A DNA stretch of 64,000 nucleotides, from positions 1 through 64,000 of IMG/VR virus record IMGVR_UViG_3300029267_003703; one strand, 5' to 3'. Below the pieces are notes generated by a model that saw nothing but the letters and a program-made list of their open reading frames with translations, was not told the DNA's origin and did not search any database. Each line of letters begins with the position of its first letter. Position 1 is the first letter of the stretch. A program made the translations under genes and the position numbers. Origin of the DNA: a virus. Positions 1-9,607 of the stretch are shown in pieces.

Positions 1-510
1 GCCGGGATGGACGCGGCTAAGATCTTCGGGGGCAACAAGAAAACCCAGAGAGAGGTTCAGAATCTTGTTGCGTCCGGAAGGGTTGAGGAAGCCGTAGAGG
101 TTCTATCCGCAGAAAGCGGAGCCGACTTCAGTACGGAAGAGCGCGACCAGTTGCGCAAGAGCCTGATCGAGGCCAGCGGAAGCAGTGCAAAGGCCATCCG
201 AGGCAAACGGGGGGAGCTCCTCGGGTACGAAGCCGGGGAGAAGCTGGAAGGGGACGAGCTGGCCGCCACGATCAAGCGAGGTCGCGCCGGCGTCTTGGAG
301 ATTGGGCAGAAGAAGGCGGAGGAGAAAGAGGCCGCTTCTCGGCAAAAGGACGCAGAAAAGGACCCGAGCTACAAGATCTTGTCGACCATTGAGCAGCACC
401 TGGCCGTGATAGCGGAAGATAAGACCGGCAAGAGATTGGGCGAGTTGATCGATGCGCAGTACCAGTCGGCGAACAAGATAGTGAGCGCCATACAAGAAGA
501 GAAAGACTAG
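1..510 (+). CDS. C-terminal part of a helical, charged protein (tape-measure-like), 5'-truncated by the window
   Basis: Frame open from base 1; Ala/Glu/Lys-rich helical composition; lies directly upstream of tail/baseplate genes. Tape-measure call is positional inference. Confidence 0.5.
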   Translation, partial: AGMDAAKIFGGNKKTQREVQNLVASGRVEEAVEVLSAESGADFSTEERDQLRKSLIEASGSSAKAIRGKRGELLGYEAGEKLEGDELAATIKRGRAGVLEIGQKKAEEKEAASRQKDAEKDPSYKILSTIEQHLAVIAEDKTGKRLGELIDAQYQSANKIVSAIQEEKD

Positions 511-777
511 ATGCTGTCGAAACTTCATCAGCCAACAAGTCCGTTCCCTGACGCAGTGCAGTGCGGGGCCTGCCGGGTCGAGGACTCCTTCAAGCTCTAC
601 AAGAACGGCTACGTCTACAACTTCGTGATGCGCAACCAGGTCGCAATAGAAGATCCGCACATCACCCTGATGAAGGCGCTGGCGTTCCAGATCCGTCATT
701 CCGTGCCGTACCCCGGTGGTGTACCATCGAGGACGCTGCGGGACTTCCTCATCAAGACGTCGGTGGTAGCTGTATGA
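511..777 (+). CDS. Hypothetical 88-aa protein (probable virion morphogenesis gene)
   Basis: ATG immediately after upstream TAG; typical codon usage; stop overlaps next ATG (ATGA). Confidence 0.7.
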   Translation: MLSKLHQPTSPFPDAVQCGACRVEDSFKLYKNGYVYNFVMRNQVAIEDPHITLMKALAFQIRHSVPYPGGVPSRTLRDFLIKTSVVAV

Positions 778-1271
778 ACCGGTTCTGGGAGAAAGTAGAG
801 AAGTCAGAGGATGGCTGCTGGGCCTGGGTTGGTGCCCTCAGCTCTGGATACGGCTCCTTCAAGTACGGAGAACGTAACCACAAGGCTCATCGAGTGTCGT
901 GGGCGCTTCACAACGGGCCCGTTCCCGAAGGAAAGTGCGTCCTCCACCACTGCGACAATCCCAGATGCGTTCGTCCTGATCACCTATACATAGGGGACAA
1001 GAAAGACAACGCGCAGGATAGAGAGAACCGTAATCGGTCGAATCACGCTGTCGGCAGTAGGCACGGCAGGCACACCCATCCTGGCCAAACGTGCGGAGCT
1101 AGGAACGGTAGGGCGAAGCTGACGGAGCAACAAGTTCGTGAGCTTCTGAATGCGCACTTCAAGCAGGGCATGAGGAAGACGGATCTGGCTCGGCAGTACG
1201 ACTTGAGCAAGACGACCGTCGGCCACATTGTGAGCGGTAAGCTCTGGCCTCACGTAGAAGGAAGGGTATAG
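774..1271 (+). CDS. Free-standing HNH homing endonuclease with C-terminal HTH
   Basis: RFWEKV..CW.W....GYG, AHRVSW, VLHHCDNPRCVRPDHL..G..KDN HNH motif; C-terminal AKLTEQQV..LARQY.LSKTTV..IV helix-turn-helix; ATG at 774 in ATGA overlap. Confidence 0.93.
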   Translation: MNRFWEKVEKSEDGCWAWVGALSSGYGSFKYGERNHKAHRVSWALHNGPVPEGKCVLHHCDNPRCVRPDHLYIGDKKDNAQDRENRNRSNHAVGSRHGRHTHPGQTCGARNGRAKLTEQQVRELLNAHFKQGMRKTDLARQYDLSKTTVGHIVSGKLWPHVEGRV

Positions 1272-3211
1272 CCACGACCGTTTTCATCGAGCTCACCACG
1301 AACGCCTTCGAGAAGGTGTTCAAGGACCAGTCGAGCAACAAGACGGGAGCTCGTAGGGGGGCTGGAGCCGACTCTGTTCGCCGCCCGCTTCGGGGGCTCG
1401 AGGTCAAGGACGACACGCACGCCGTCATCCGTGTTCTTCGATCGACCGGGCAAGAGGTCCCGCTGGTCACTTCCAGCTACTTGGGCGGTGAGGGCCCTGC
1501 CTATACCAACTTCATCTTGCAGAGTGTGTCGGAGCAACGGCAGGAAAAGTCGCAGATCGTCGAGACGTTCGGCGAGGACTACATCTTCTTCTTCGGTGAG
1601 CGTCCTCGGATGCTGGCAGTAGACGCGGTGCTGCTCAACTCTTTCGACTTCAACTGGGAGGCCGAGTTCTGGGAGAACTACAATTTGTACCTCCGAGGCA
1701 CCAAGTGCGCCGAGCTCGGGGCCCGCGTCTACTTGTTCTACGACGACAACATCGTCGAGGGCTACATGATGGGGGCGCAGGCATCGAAGAGCTCGCAGAT
1801 CCCCATGCAGGTGACCATGAGCTTCACCATGGTGCTCACCAACTACTCGAACATCTCGTTCATCCGGTCCTCGAGGTACCCGGTTCGTCCGATGGCCACC
1901 AAAAGCTACTCGGAGAACAACCCGGAGGACTACCAGGTCATCGGCTTGGACACTTCGAAGAACCCAGGGTGGCTCCAACCGAAGAGGCGCACTGCCCTAA
2001 CACCAGAAGACAAGTTCCGAGAAGCACCAGTCGACAGAAGGTTGAAGAGTCGTACGGACATCACCGATAACGTCGACGAGTGGACAGGAGACCGACGGGT
2101 CATCCCTCTCGACTGGGAGAGTATCCGCGACGCCGAGCGGGCGGAGGCAGCCAGACTCGAGGACCAGGCCATCATCGAGGCGTGCAAGCGCGGGGCACTC
2201 GCGGACAACCCAGACTTCCTACGCAACACTGGTCTTGCCGGCGCCGGCGCCGGCTCCGCCATTCGCTCCCAGGTCGGTGTGGGGGCAAGTGCCCGGGCTG
2301 GGATAGGCGCGGGGGCAGGCGCTTGGGCAGGGGCAGGCGTCAACGCGGGCGCAGGCGCAGGGGCATACGCCGGAGCGGGCGCCTGGGTGGGCGCCGGCGT
2401 CGGAGCGGGTGGAACCTGGTCGGGCTCCGGAACCTGGTCGAAGTCGAGCTCGGGCGCGGGCGCCGGCTACTACGGCGGGCAGGGCGTAGGCTACGACCCC
2501 TTCAACCCGTTCATCACGAACCCTGGTGGGGCCATTGGCTACTACGCCGGCGCGGGCTACTACGGGCCCGGACAGAGCGGCACACAGGGCTACGGCTCTG
2601 GCAGCGCGGTCGCCAGCCAGGGTGGGGGCTACGTTGCAGGTGCGGGCGCCGGCGTCGGGTGGACCCCGGGGCAGGGCGTGTCGTCGGGCTCGTACGCGTA
2701 CTCTGGGCAGATCCCTTCGGAGAACCTGCCGTCGAACCAGAACTACTCTGGCAGCGCATGGATGCCCTACTCCACTCCGCAGGCCCCGGCCAGTTCCAGC
2801 CAGCGCGCTCAGGGGGCCTACTCTGGGGGGTTCTTCGGGGGCAGGTTTGGCGCGCAGGGCTACGCGGCCGCGGGCTACGCGTCGAGCTCGGGCGGCGGCA
2901 CGGCGTCGCAGCAGTACTACGCCGGCGCGTACGCAGGGTGGGACCCTATCAACGGCGGTCAGTCGTCGACTTGGAGCGGCAAGTCACCCACCGGCCGCGG
3001 CCTGCCGCCTGGGCAGCCCGGCGGCGGACTGTTCGGCGTCAGCGCGGTTCCTGGCAATCTCGGAGGTGGACCCATCGATCCGAGGACCGGCAAGCCCTGG
3101 TCCACCAACATCATCAAGGGCGCCTACAAGCAGGGCGCCTCTCAGTCGAACCCCTATGGGCGCGTTGACCAGGCCACCTGTGACGCGTACCGAGACGCAG
3201 GAATGCTATGA
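1268..3211 (+). CDS. Putative tail/baseplate-associated protein with Gly/Ala/Tyr low-complexity C-terminal half; probable ATA start at 1268 (first canonical start GTG 1316)
   Basis: Globular N-terminal ~300 aa (NFILQSVSEQRQEKSQIVETFGEDYIFFFGERP) then GAGAG repeats; frame continues with typical codons to ATA at 1268 behind GAAGGAAGGG. Confidence 0.75.
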   Translation: MATTVFIELTTNAFEKVFKDQSSNKTGARRGAGADSVRRPLRGLEVKDDTHAVIRVLRSTGQEVPLVTSSYLGGEGPAYTNFILQSVSEQRQEKSQIVETFGEDYIFFFGERPRMLAVDAVLLNSFDFNWEAEFWENYNLYLRGTKCAELGARVYLFYDDNIVEGYMMGAQASKSSQIPMQVTMSFTMVLTNYSNISFIRSSRYPVRPMATKSYSENNPEDYQVIGLDTSKNPGWLQPKRRTALTPEDKFREAPVDRRLKSRTDITDNVDEWTGDRRVIPLDWESIRDAERAEAARLEDQAIIEACKRGALADNPDFLRNTGLAGAGAGSAIRSQVGVGASARAGIGAGAGAWAGAGVNAGAGAGAYAGAGAWVGAGVGAGGTWSGSGTWSKSSSGAGAGYYGGQGVGYDPFNPFITNPGGAIGYYAGAGYYGPGQSGTQGYGSGSAVASQGGGYVAGAGAGVGWTPGQGVSSGSYAYSGQIPSENLPSNQNYSGSAWMPYSTPQAPASSSQRAQGAYSGGFFGGRFGAQGYAAAGYASSSGGGTASQQYYAGAYAGWDPINGGQSSTWSGKSPTGRGLPPGQPGGGLFGVSAVPGNLGGGPIDPRTGKPWSTNIIKGAYKQGASQSNPYGRVDQATCDAYRDAGML

Positions 3212-6200
3212 CAGCCGTCGCCAGCAGGCTGAGTATTCGGGCCTTCATCGAAGGGGCGGAGGTGCCGGTCGTTGCTGTTCAGGTGAACTCTGCGCCGAAC
3301 AGCGCTATGGCAGCAAGCCTTCAGGTTCCTCCCCTTTCCGAAGGCCTCAAGATCCTGCCCCGTTCTCTCGTCCACGTCTTCTTCGACGACTTTGCTGGTC
3401 CCCACATCAACTCCGAGTTCATCAATCAGCAGGCCAACCGTCCCGAGAACGCCACTACCCAGATGATTCAGGACGAAGGGACCATGGCGGGCTACCGCTT
3501 GCTGTACGTTGGGGAGGTAGTAGGGGTGCAGTGGTCCAAACGCGCCACGACGCGTTCCCTCGTTCTGCACCTGCTTGACCTTTCGAGCTACTGGGATACG
3601 GCGTACCAGTGGATGAACACGGACATCTTCGGTCCGGGGTACAAGGCGGTCTTCTCCGGGGGCGGTACCGACATGTTCACCGACTTCCTCGCTTCCGCCA
3701 GTGAGATCGTCACCGGGCAGCTCAATTACGGCATCCGCAAAGGCAGCGTGCAGTACCCGGCCCTGCGCGGTCTTCTTGGTGGCATCGTTCGGCTGCTTGA
3801 GAAGATCGGCGGCTCGTACATGCAGGGCAACAACTACCCCGGCTCGAACGCTTTCTTCTCTCTTGCCGAGCTACGGCTACATGTCACCCAGATGATCAGC
3901 GCGTACGACAAGGACCCGACCGCAAGCCGGCTGCTCGGGGGGAGCTGGGACGGGTTGTTCGGCCGCACGATCGGCAACCTTGGTGACCACACGAACATGC
4001 GCCAAGTGATCAACGCGCTGGCGCCCGCCATCTTCCACGAGACGTACGCGCAGCCCTGCCCGCTGTACACGCCGGGCTCCGGAGGAACCGTCAGCGGCTA
4101 CAAGCGCACGACCGTCATGGCCAGCGCGCAGACGCAGGTCTTCGCACTCAAAGGGCGAGAGCTCGCTATAGGCATTGAGGAGCTCATCAACCGTCTCGAT
4201 GTTCCGAGCACTTCCAGGGCGTCGATCCTTAGCACCATTCGGGGCTTGACCAATCAGTGTCGGGTGGCCTCCAACACGGTGCGGGACAAGAATGCCAGGC
4301 AGGTGCGCCAGCACTTCAGTCAGGCAACCACGAAACTGGGACAGGCGGCAGGAGCGGCCTCGAGGTGGAAGCCGGGCACTCGCGCGGACACGCAGCTCAG
4401 GTCGCATCTGAGCGCGGCGGCCTCGAAGCTGCGTGCCATCAAGAGTTTGACCATCAGCGAGACGGCCAAGAAGGACGCCATCCCAGCACGGCTGCACCAG
4501 CAGATCATGCGACCGGACATCTGGTTCGGGCCGCCTCCCCGATGCAACGTCATCTTCCCGGAGCACTACACGCAGCTCGACTACCAACGGATGTTCTTGC
4601 AGGAGCCGACGCGCCTACTGCTCAAGACCCACGAGGAGTTCTACGGAGAGGACGAGCTGTTCGACAAGTTCTACTTTGCTCCGTATGCCAAGGGCCTGAA
4701 GGGCAAGAACAAGAACCTGCTCGTCAACATGCTGCGCCGAGACATACTCGAGCACGAGCTGTACACCGGCATCCTGCCCGTCTACGAGAAGATGGGGGAG
4801 TTCAGCATCTTCGCTGCACAGACGGGGGCAGTGAACGGCAAGCGCGCGAAGGTGGGCGCTGCCCAGCGCACGTCCAACTTCCTGTACTTCAAGTATCGTT
4901 TCGAGCCCCGCCAGCTCTCAGTTACCATGCGGTTCAACCCGTACATCGCGTGCGGGTTTCCGTGCCTGGTCATCGACAAGTACATGGACCAGGACCTGAT
5001 TCAGAGGCACAAGGCCATCATCGAGGAGAACGGTGGAACCTTCCCTCAGGACCAGGCCAAGTACTTCGGTACGCACTTCCTTGGCAACGCCATGAACGTG
5101 ACCCACTCCCTCCAGCAGGACCGCGGTGGCATCACGTTGGTGCAAATGAACTACGCCAGGCAGGCCGACGAGAAGACCGAGTTCCTCGGGATGCACCAGG
5201 GCGACGACCGCGTGAAGTCGTACAAGCGCTACGAGAACGATGCCCTTCGCAAGACGGACGTGGCGTCGACGACGGCGCCGAGGATTGGGTCGCTGGGCCC
5301 GGCGTTCGGTCAGATCACGCAGGTCGTGGACGTGACCGGGGAGTTCGGCCCGCAGACGACCGGTGGCACCTCGTTCTTCCCATCGCTGCCCATGTACTTG
5401 TCTCGACGCAAGGGCGAGGCCGCGCTTCCGCAGGTGCAGGTTGGAGTGGCGTTGCCGGCCCGAGCATTCGGCCCCGACGTGGAGAAGCTGTTCGACTTCC
5501 CTGACCAGATCGTCAAGTTCAGGGCGTACCGGGTTACGGAGGAGATACCGCGGTACCGACGGGAGATCACCAACCTGCCTCCGGAGGAGCTCATCCGGCC
5601 GGGCTGGTACGGCGACATCTGGCACCCCGGCAACATCGGCAAGGCCTACCAGTTCTTCTTGGCCACCGGGTCCATCTGCGACCAGCAGCAGATCCTCGAT
5701 GCCAACGGGCAGGAGCCGGCGCACAACACGGCGACGGACGGAGAGGCCACGGTGGTCGACCCGCTCGACGCGGAGGCCTCCACTGGCAACGAGCAGGAGT
5801 TCGTGGACACGGCGCCGGCGGTTCTGTCTCTCATGCGCAAGTACGGCCTCGACAGGCAGGGCAACAAGGTCAACTGGGTTCAGGTGCTCGATGGTGTCGA
5901 GTTCCTCATGCACGTCTACTCGTACGTGAAGCAGAACCCCGAGATCAGCGTCGACGACTTCATCCGCAGCTACACCTGGCGCCCCATCGCGACGATGCTC
6001 GAGATGTTTGGGACCCCCGACTTGGCCTACAAGTACGACCCGGACGCCAGGGCGCAAGTAGTGGATGAGGGGATCGAGGGGTTCCACAGTCGGGCGTTCA
6101 TGCCGAGGGGCATGAGCTTCGAGAACTTGAACGGCAACCAGTCTGGTGACTTCTCGGGGGACATCTTCACCCTTGTGCCTACAGACGTGGAGAAGATGAT

Positions 6201-6324
6201 CGGCGTCAGCAGAGACGACAAGTCTTCTCTGTTCTCCATGCGGGGCGACGTGCGAAAACAGAAGCAGGACGCGGTGCTCGAGTACCTGTCCTCCCTGTTG
6301 TACGCCAGAGCCATTCTCGGGTAG
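3208..6324 (+). CDS. Large 1038-aa virion protein, baseplate hub/tail-like
   Basis: Long ORF, ATGA-coupled; beta-rich N-terminus resembling hub proteins; C-terminal MRFNPYIACGFPCLVID segment; position after tape-measure-like gene. Function inferred. Confidence 0.65.
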   Translation: MTAVASRLSIRAFIEGAEVPVVAVQVNSAPNSAMAASLQVPPLSEGLKILPRSLVHVFFDDFAGPHINSEFINQQANRPENATTQMIQDEGTMAGYRLLYVGEVVGVQWSKRATTRSLVLHLLDLSSYWDTAYQWMNTDIFGPGYKAVFSGGGTDMFTDFLASASEIVTGQLNYGIRKGSVQYPALRGLLGGIVRLLEKIGGSYMQGNNYPGSNAFFSLAELRLHVTQMISAYDKDPTASRLLGGSWDGLFGRTIGNLGDHTNMRQVINALAPAIFHETYAQPCPLYTPGSGGTVSGYKRTTVMASAQTQVFALKGRELAIGIEELINRLDVPSTSRASILSTIRGLTNQCRVASNTVRDKNARQVRQHFSQATTKLGQAAGAASRWKPGTRADTQLRSHLSAAASKLRAIKSLTISETAKKDAIPARLHQQIMRPDIWFGPPPRCNVIFPEHYTQLDYQRMFLQEPTRLLLKTHEEFYGEDELFDKFYFAPYAKGLKGKNKNLLVNMLRRDILEHELYTGILPVYEKMGEFSIFAAQTGAVNGKRAKVGAAQRTSNFLYFKYRFEPRQLSVTMRFNPYIACGFPCLVIDKYMDQDLIQRHKAIIEENGGTFPQDQAKYFGTHFLGNAMNVTHSLQQDRGGITLVQMNYARQADEKTEFLGMHQGDDRVKSYKRYENDALRKTDVASTTAPRIGSLGPAFGQITQVVDVTGEFGPQTTGGTSFFPSLPMYLSRRKGEAALPQVQVGVALPARAFGPDVEKLFDFPDQIVKFRAYRVTEEIPRYRREITNLPPEELIRPGWYGDIWHPGNIGKAYQFFLATGSICDQQQILDANGQEPAHNTATDGEATVVDPLDAEASTGNEQEFVDTAPAVLSLMRKYGLDRQGNKVNWVQVLDGVEFLMHVYSYVKQNPEISVDDFIRSYTWRPIATMLEMFGTPDLAYKYDPDARAQVVDEGIEGFHSRAFMPRGMSFENLNGNQSGDFSGDIFTLVPTDVEKMIGVSRDDKSSLFSMRGDVRKQKQDAVLEYLSSLLYARAILG

Positions 6325-6331
6325 CCTGCCC

Positions 6332-6712
6332 ATGATGTACGCGGGCATGAAAGAAGAGCTGCTGGAGATCACCAAGGCCGCGGCCTGCAGGGCGAGGATG
6401 ACCGTCGCGCAGACGCGTCAAGGTCGACGTCCAATGCGGGTGGAGACGCTGCTCAAGAAGGACAAGGAAGGCTCCTTGTTCAAAGAGTCAGGCAGCTACG
6501 CTCTTGAGGCCGGCGGGCCGCAGGGCACTTCTACTCCCTTCCCCGATGAGGGGCTGAAGGGGACCCCCATCGCCCTTCTTCGTGGGAAGCCTCGCAAAGG
6601 GGACGTGCCCAGCGTCAAGGACGAGATGGGATCCGTCGATCGAATCGACGGCCGAGGCAGCGCGTACACTCAGGTGTCCCCCAGCACACAGGTAGACGGG
6701 GTCGAGATATGA
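6332..6712 (+). CDS. Basic hypothetical protein with N-terminal MKEELLEITKAA signature (candidate internal head protein)
   Basis: ORF in a coupled cluster; signature shared with neighbours. Confidence 0.7.
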   Translation: MMYAGMKEELLEITKAAACRARMTVAQTRQGRRPMRVETLLKKDKEGSLFKESGSYALEAGGPQGTSTPFPDEGLKGTPIALLRGKPRKGDVPSVKDEMGSVDRIDGRGSAYTQVSPSTQVDGVEI

Positions 6713-7467
6713 AGATCGCAGAAGCGCTGCTGAAGATTGCGAGCGACGATCGCCCGCCGACCGTGGAAGAGACCCGCGACGCCATACGCCGGCTCAAGCG
6801 CATCAACGAGTCGGACCCGTCGCTGGGCCACAAGCTCCGGTACGCCGGGCTCGGTGCCGTGGCCGCGCCCGTGATGGCGGCTATCACCGGGGCCATCGCC
6901 GGCAAGCCCTCGTTGTCCGGGCCGCTGAAGCAGAAGGCGCGGCAGCTCGCCGCCCAGTCCGTTGGCGGAGCGGCCATGTTCGGCGCCATTCCTATCCTGC
7001 GAGGTCAGATCGACCGGCAGATGGAGCGGAGCAAGATCGAAGACTTCCTCGAAGGGCACAAGAAGACGTACGTCACACCGAAGGGGAACCTGCGGCGGCT
7101 GTCGGGCGGGCGTGCGGACCTGTTCCGCCGCTTGGCGGCGAAGTACCCCGACGCCATCGAACCGGAGAAGGTGGCCAAGGTCCTGACCATGAAGGGGCGC
7201 AAGCGGATCAAGGAAAAGAACTTCGCGATCCCCTCCGAGAGCGGCCCCGGCGGCACTGGCCGATACCCAATCCACGACGTCACGCACGCCAAGGCGGCCA
7301 TTCAGATGGTCGGCAAGCACGGAACTCCTGAGGAGAAGGCCAAGGTGTACAACGCCGTGGCCAAGAAGTACCCCGGGCTGGCGACCAGATCATCTGTCAT
7401 AGACAAGGCTGCCAGTGCCATGACCGCTGAACTGTTGGAGATCTGCCATGCCTGCCTGGGTTCATGA
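6709..7467 (+). CDS. Basic hypothetical protein with LLKIA signature, two hydrophobic helices and a DUF6582-like C-terminal domain
   Basis: MKIAEALLKIAS start; NFAIP..GRYPIHDVTHAKAAIQMV motif recalled as DUF6582-like; ends DKAASAMTAELLEI. Confidence 0.7.
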   Translation: MKIAEALLKIASDDRPPTVEETRDAIRRLKRINESDPSLGHKLRYAGLGAVAAPVMAAITGAIAGKPSLSGPLKQKARQLAAQSVGGAAMFGAIPILRGQIDRQMERSKIEDFLEGHKKTYVTPKGNLRRLSGGRADLFRRLAAKYPDAIEPEKVAKVLTMKGRKRIKEKNFAIPSESGPGGTGRYPIHDVTHAKAAIQMVGKHGTPEEKAKVYNAVAKKYPGLATRSSVIDKAASAMTAELLEICHACLGS

Positions 7468-8563
7468 TCGCGCTCAGCACCTGTTGGCCAAGAACCCGAA
7501 CATGCCCAAGAGCATGGCGTTCGCCTTGGCGACGGATCAAGGGCACGCTACTGGGAAGACCCCCAAGAAGTACGGCACTCTGGAGGGGCGCAAGCGGGCC
7601 AAGCAGAAGTACGACAAGCCCCGCAAGGAGTATGTGAAGACTCCGAACCCCGGCAACTTGGAGACGCCGAAACTCGAGAGTAGGGAGAAGACCGCCATGT
7701 ACGACTTCATGAAACAGGAACTGCTCGAGATCACACAGGGCAGTCAGGAGAAGACCGCGTCGGGGTGCGTCATCGACTTCGACAACGACGGCAACCGAAT
7801 GGGCGTCGAGTGGCACGAGGATGCGCTGGCCCGCATCATGGGTTTGCCTCGAACGTCCGGCTCCATCATGGGCAAGACTGGAGCTGCTCGTTGGGTGAAG
7901 GAGCTAGGCGACCCCGCCGTTCTGAGGGGCATGAAGGCCCGGTTGAAGTCAGTCATTGGTCGTACGCATGAGGGGAGCAACTACGGCGACTATGTCAAAG
8001 AGCAGGGCACTAAGACGTTGGATATGATGGCGAGTAGGGGCAAGGGCGGTACAGGTCCTGCTGGCGGCAGCTTGACCCGCGGTTTGCGCAAGCAGCTGAA
8101 TCCGGGGGCTGTTGCGTCCAACAAGGGGTCCATCGATGACCTGGTCAACGCCAATGCGTCTGCTCAACAGGTGTCAAAGAGAAAACACTGGATGCAGCCC
8201 AAAGAGTTCCGTAATCAGAAGACCTCTTCAGTCAAGCTGTCAGCCATGAAGGAGGCGTTCAAGCGCTCCTACTATCACGGCACAGGGCCGTGGGGGCCGA
8301 CGTTCATGAAGACCGACAAGATGCCGGACCCGTCCCGGGTCGCACAGTCGCAGATGCCCGCCCAGCAGGCCATCGAGAACATGAGCGGCAAGGTGGCCGG
8401 GGCCGCGATCACCCCGGCGGCGCGCCTGGCAACTTCCATGCAGGTGGGTCGCCCGCCGGCGGCGCTGTCCAAGGTCGGGCCAAGCGTGGCGCAAGTTGGT
8501 AAGATCAAGGGGCCTGGTTCTGGTACGGCGCTGCCCGGCGCCAAGGAAGGAGGCTCGGTATGA
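7448..8563 (+). CDS. Basic modular protein with repeated K-x-A/S/G sites (candidate processed head polyprotein)
   Basis: MPAWVHDRAQHLLAKNP N-terminus; EKTA (x2), GKTG, QKTS, GKVA sites; internal MKQELLEIT. Confidence 0.75.
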   Translation: MPAWVHDRAQHLLAKNPNMPKSMAFALATDQGHATGKTPKKYGTLEGRKRAKQKYDKPRKEYVKTPNPGNLETPKLESREKTAMYDFMKQELLEITQGSQEKTASGCVIDFDNDGNRMGVEWHEDALARIMGLPRTSGSIMGKTGAARWVKELGDPAVLRGMKARLKSVIGRTHEGSNYGDYVKEQGTKTLDMMASRGKGGTGPAGGSLTRGLRKQLNPGAVASNKGSIDDLVNANASAQQVSKRKHWMQPKEFRNQKTSSVKLSAMKEAFKRSYYHGTGPWGPTFMKTDKMPDPSRVAQSQMPAQQAIENMSGKVAGAAITPAARLATSMQVGRPPAALSKVGPSVAQVGKIKGPGSGTALPGAKEGGSV

Positions 8564-8709
8564 AGGGCAAGGTAGAGCAAGCTCCGATCAACAAGATGGC
8601 CGCGCTCAACGCGTGGCGAGAGACGGCTGACCGACTCCAGAAGGAGGCGATGAAGCTCAAGCCGGACACGCTTCGGCAGAAGGTGGCGGCGCTCAAGATC
8701 GGCCAGTGA
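8560..8709 (+). CDS. 49-aa hypothetical protein (MKGKVEQAPINKMAA...)
   Basis: ATGA overlap with previous gene, GGAGG upstream, fills the gap to the sigma gene; below the ORF-track size cutoff. Confidence 0.65.
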   Translation: MKGKVEQAPINKMAALNAWRETADRLQKEAMKLKPDTLRQKVAALKIGQ

Positions 8710-8737
8710 TCGGTCATAAGGGCTGTGGAGGTTCCAC

Positions 8738-9607
8738 ATGCCCCGAAGAAAGAAGAAAGAGAAAGCAGCAATGGAAGACGGCGACCCCAGGGAAGAGGAG
8801 AAGGCGGCACAGATGTTCGCCCAGGGCCTCATGGGCGCTTCTTCTACACCCCCACCACCCCAAGTCGACCCAGTGCAGCAGGTAGCTGCCGACCAGAAGA
8901 AGCTCAACAGGAGGCAGCAGGACCTGGAGCTTTGGCACAAGTGGGATCAGGGCGGGCGAAAGCCCGAAGACCTTGCGCCGCTGCTTCAGCACTTCGAGGG
9001 GATGAAGCAACAACAGCTTCGCACCAAGAAGTTCGGGCCGCAGGTGCAGCCAGATGCGCTCGCGGCCGAAGTGGACAAGCGGATGATTCAGCGTCTCGAG
9101 ACGTTCAACCCGCGGTACGGCACCGCGCTGTCCACGCATGTGTTTCCCGGCATCCGCTCTTCTAGCCGTTGGGGTAACATTCACGCCAACACCCGCGCGC
9201 TCCCGGAAGCTGACATGCAACAGATCAGCCCTCTGCAGGCCGCGCGCGACGAGCTGCATGAGCAGCTCGGCCGGCCACCCACCCACGAGGAGATCGCGGC
9301 CCACGCGAAGATGCCCCTCAAGCGCGTGAACAAGATCCTCACCTCCGCCGATCAACGAGACGTCCTTCAGAGCTCGTTCGAGGCGGACCCCACGCCGCGG
9401 GCCCAGCCCCGGGACGTGGAGATCCGAGACCCCTTCTACCGAACCCTTGAGGGCCCCGAGAGGGAGGTCTTCGCTCACTGGTACGGCCTCGACGGCCGCC
9501 CCCAGATTCGCAGCGGAAAGCAGCTCGCCAAGAAGCTCGGCAAGAGCGAAAGCGAGATCTCACACATGCGGACTCGTATCTTCAACAAGTACAAGTCCTA
9601 CCTCTGA
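8738..9607 (+). CDS. Phage-encoded RNA polymerase sigma-70-family factor (FliA/WhiG-like architecture)
   Basis: Region 2-like LETFNPRYGTALSTHV, region 3 ELHEQLGRPPTHEEIA, region 4 EREVF..WYGL..SGKQLAKKLGKSESEISHMRTRI; SD GGAGG. Confidence 0.85.
   Translation: MPRRKKKEKAAMEDGDPREEEKAAQMFAQGLMGASSTPPPPQVDPVQQVAADQKKLNRRQQDLELWHKWDQGGRKPEDLAPLLQHFEGMKQQQLRTKKFGPQVQPDALAAEVDKRMIQRLETFNPRYGTALSTHVFPGIRSSSRWGNIHANTRALPEADMQQISPLQAARDELHEQLGRPPTHEEIAAHAKMPLKRVNKILTSADQRDVLQSSFEADPTPRAQPRDVEIRDPFYRTLEGPEREVFAHWYGLDGRPQIRSGKQLAKKLGKSESEISHMRTRIFNKYKSYL

Noticed and set aside
511-1316. Group I intron or T4 gene 60-style ribosomal bypass around the HNH gene
   Set aside because: The HNH ORF fills the whole interval, leaving no room for an intron core; the matching GTA landing codon at 1266 is followed by TAG.
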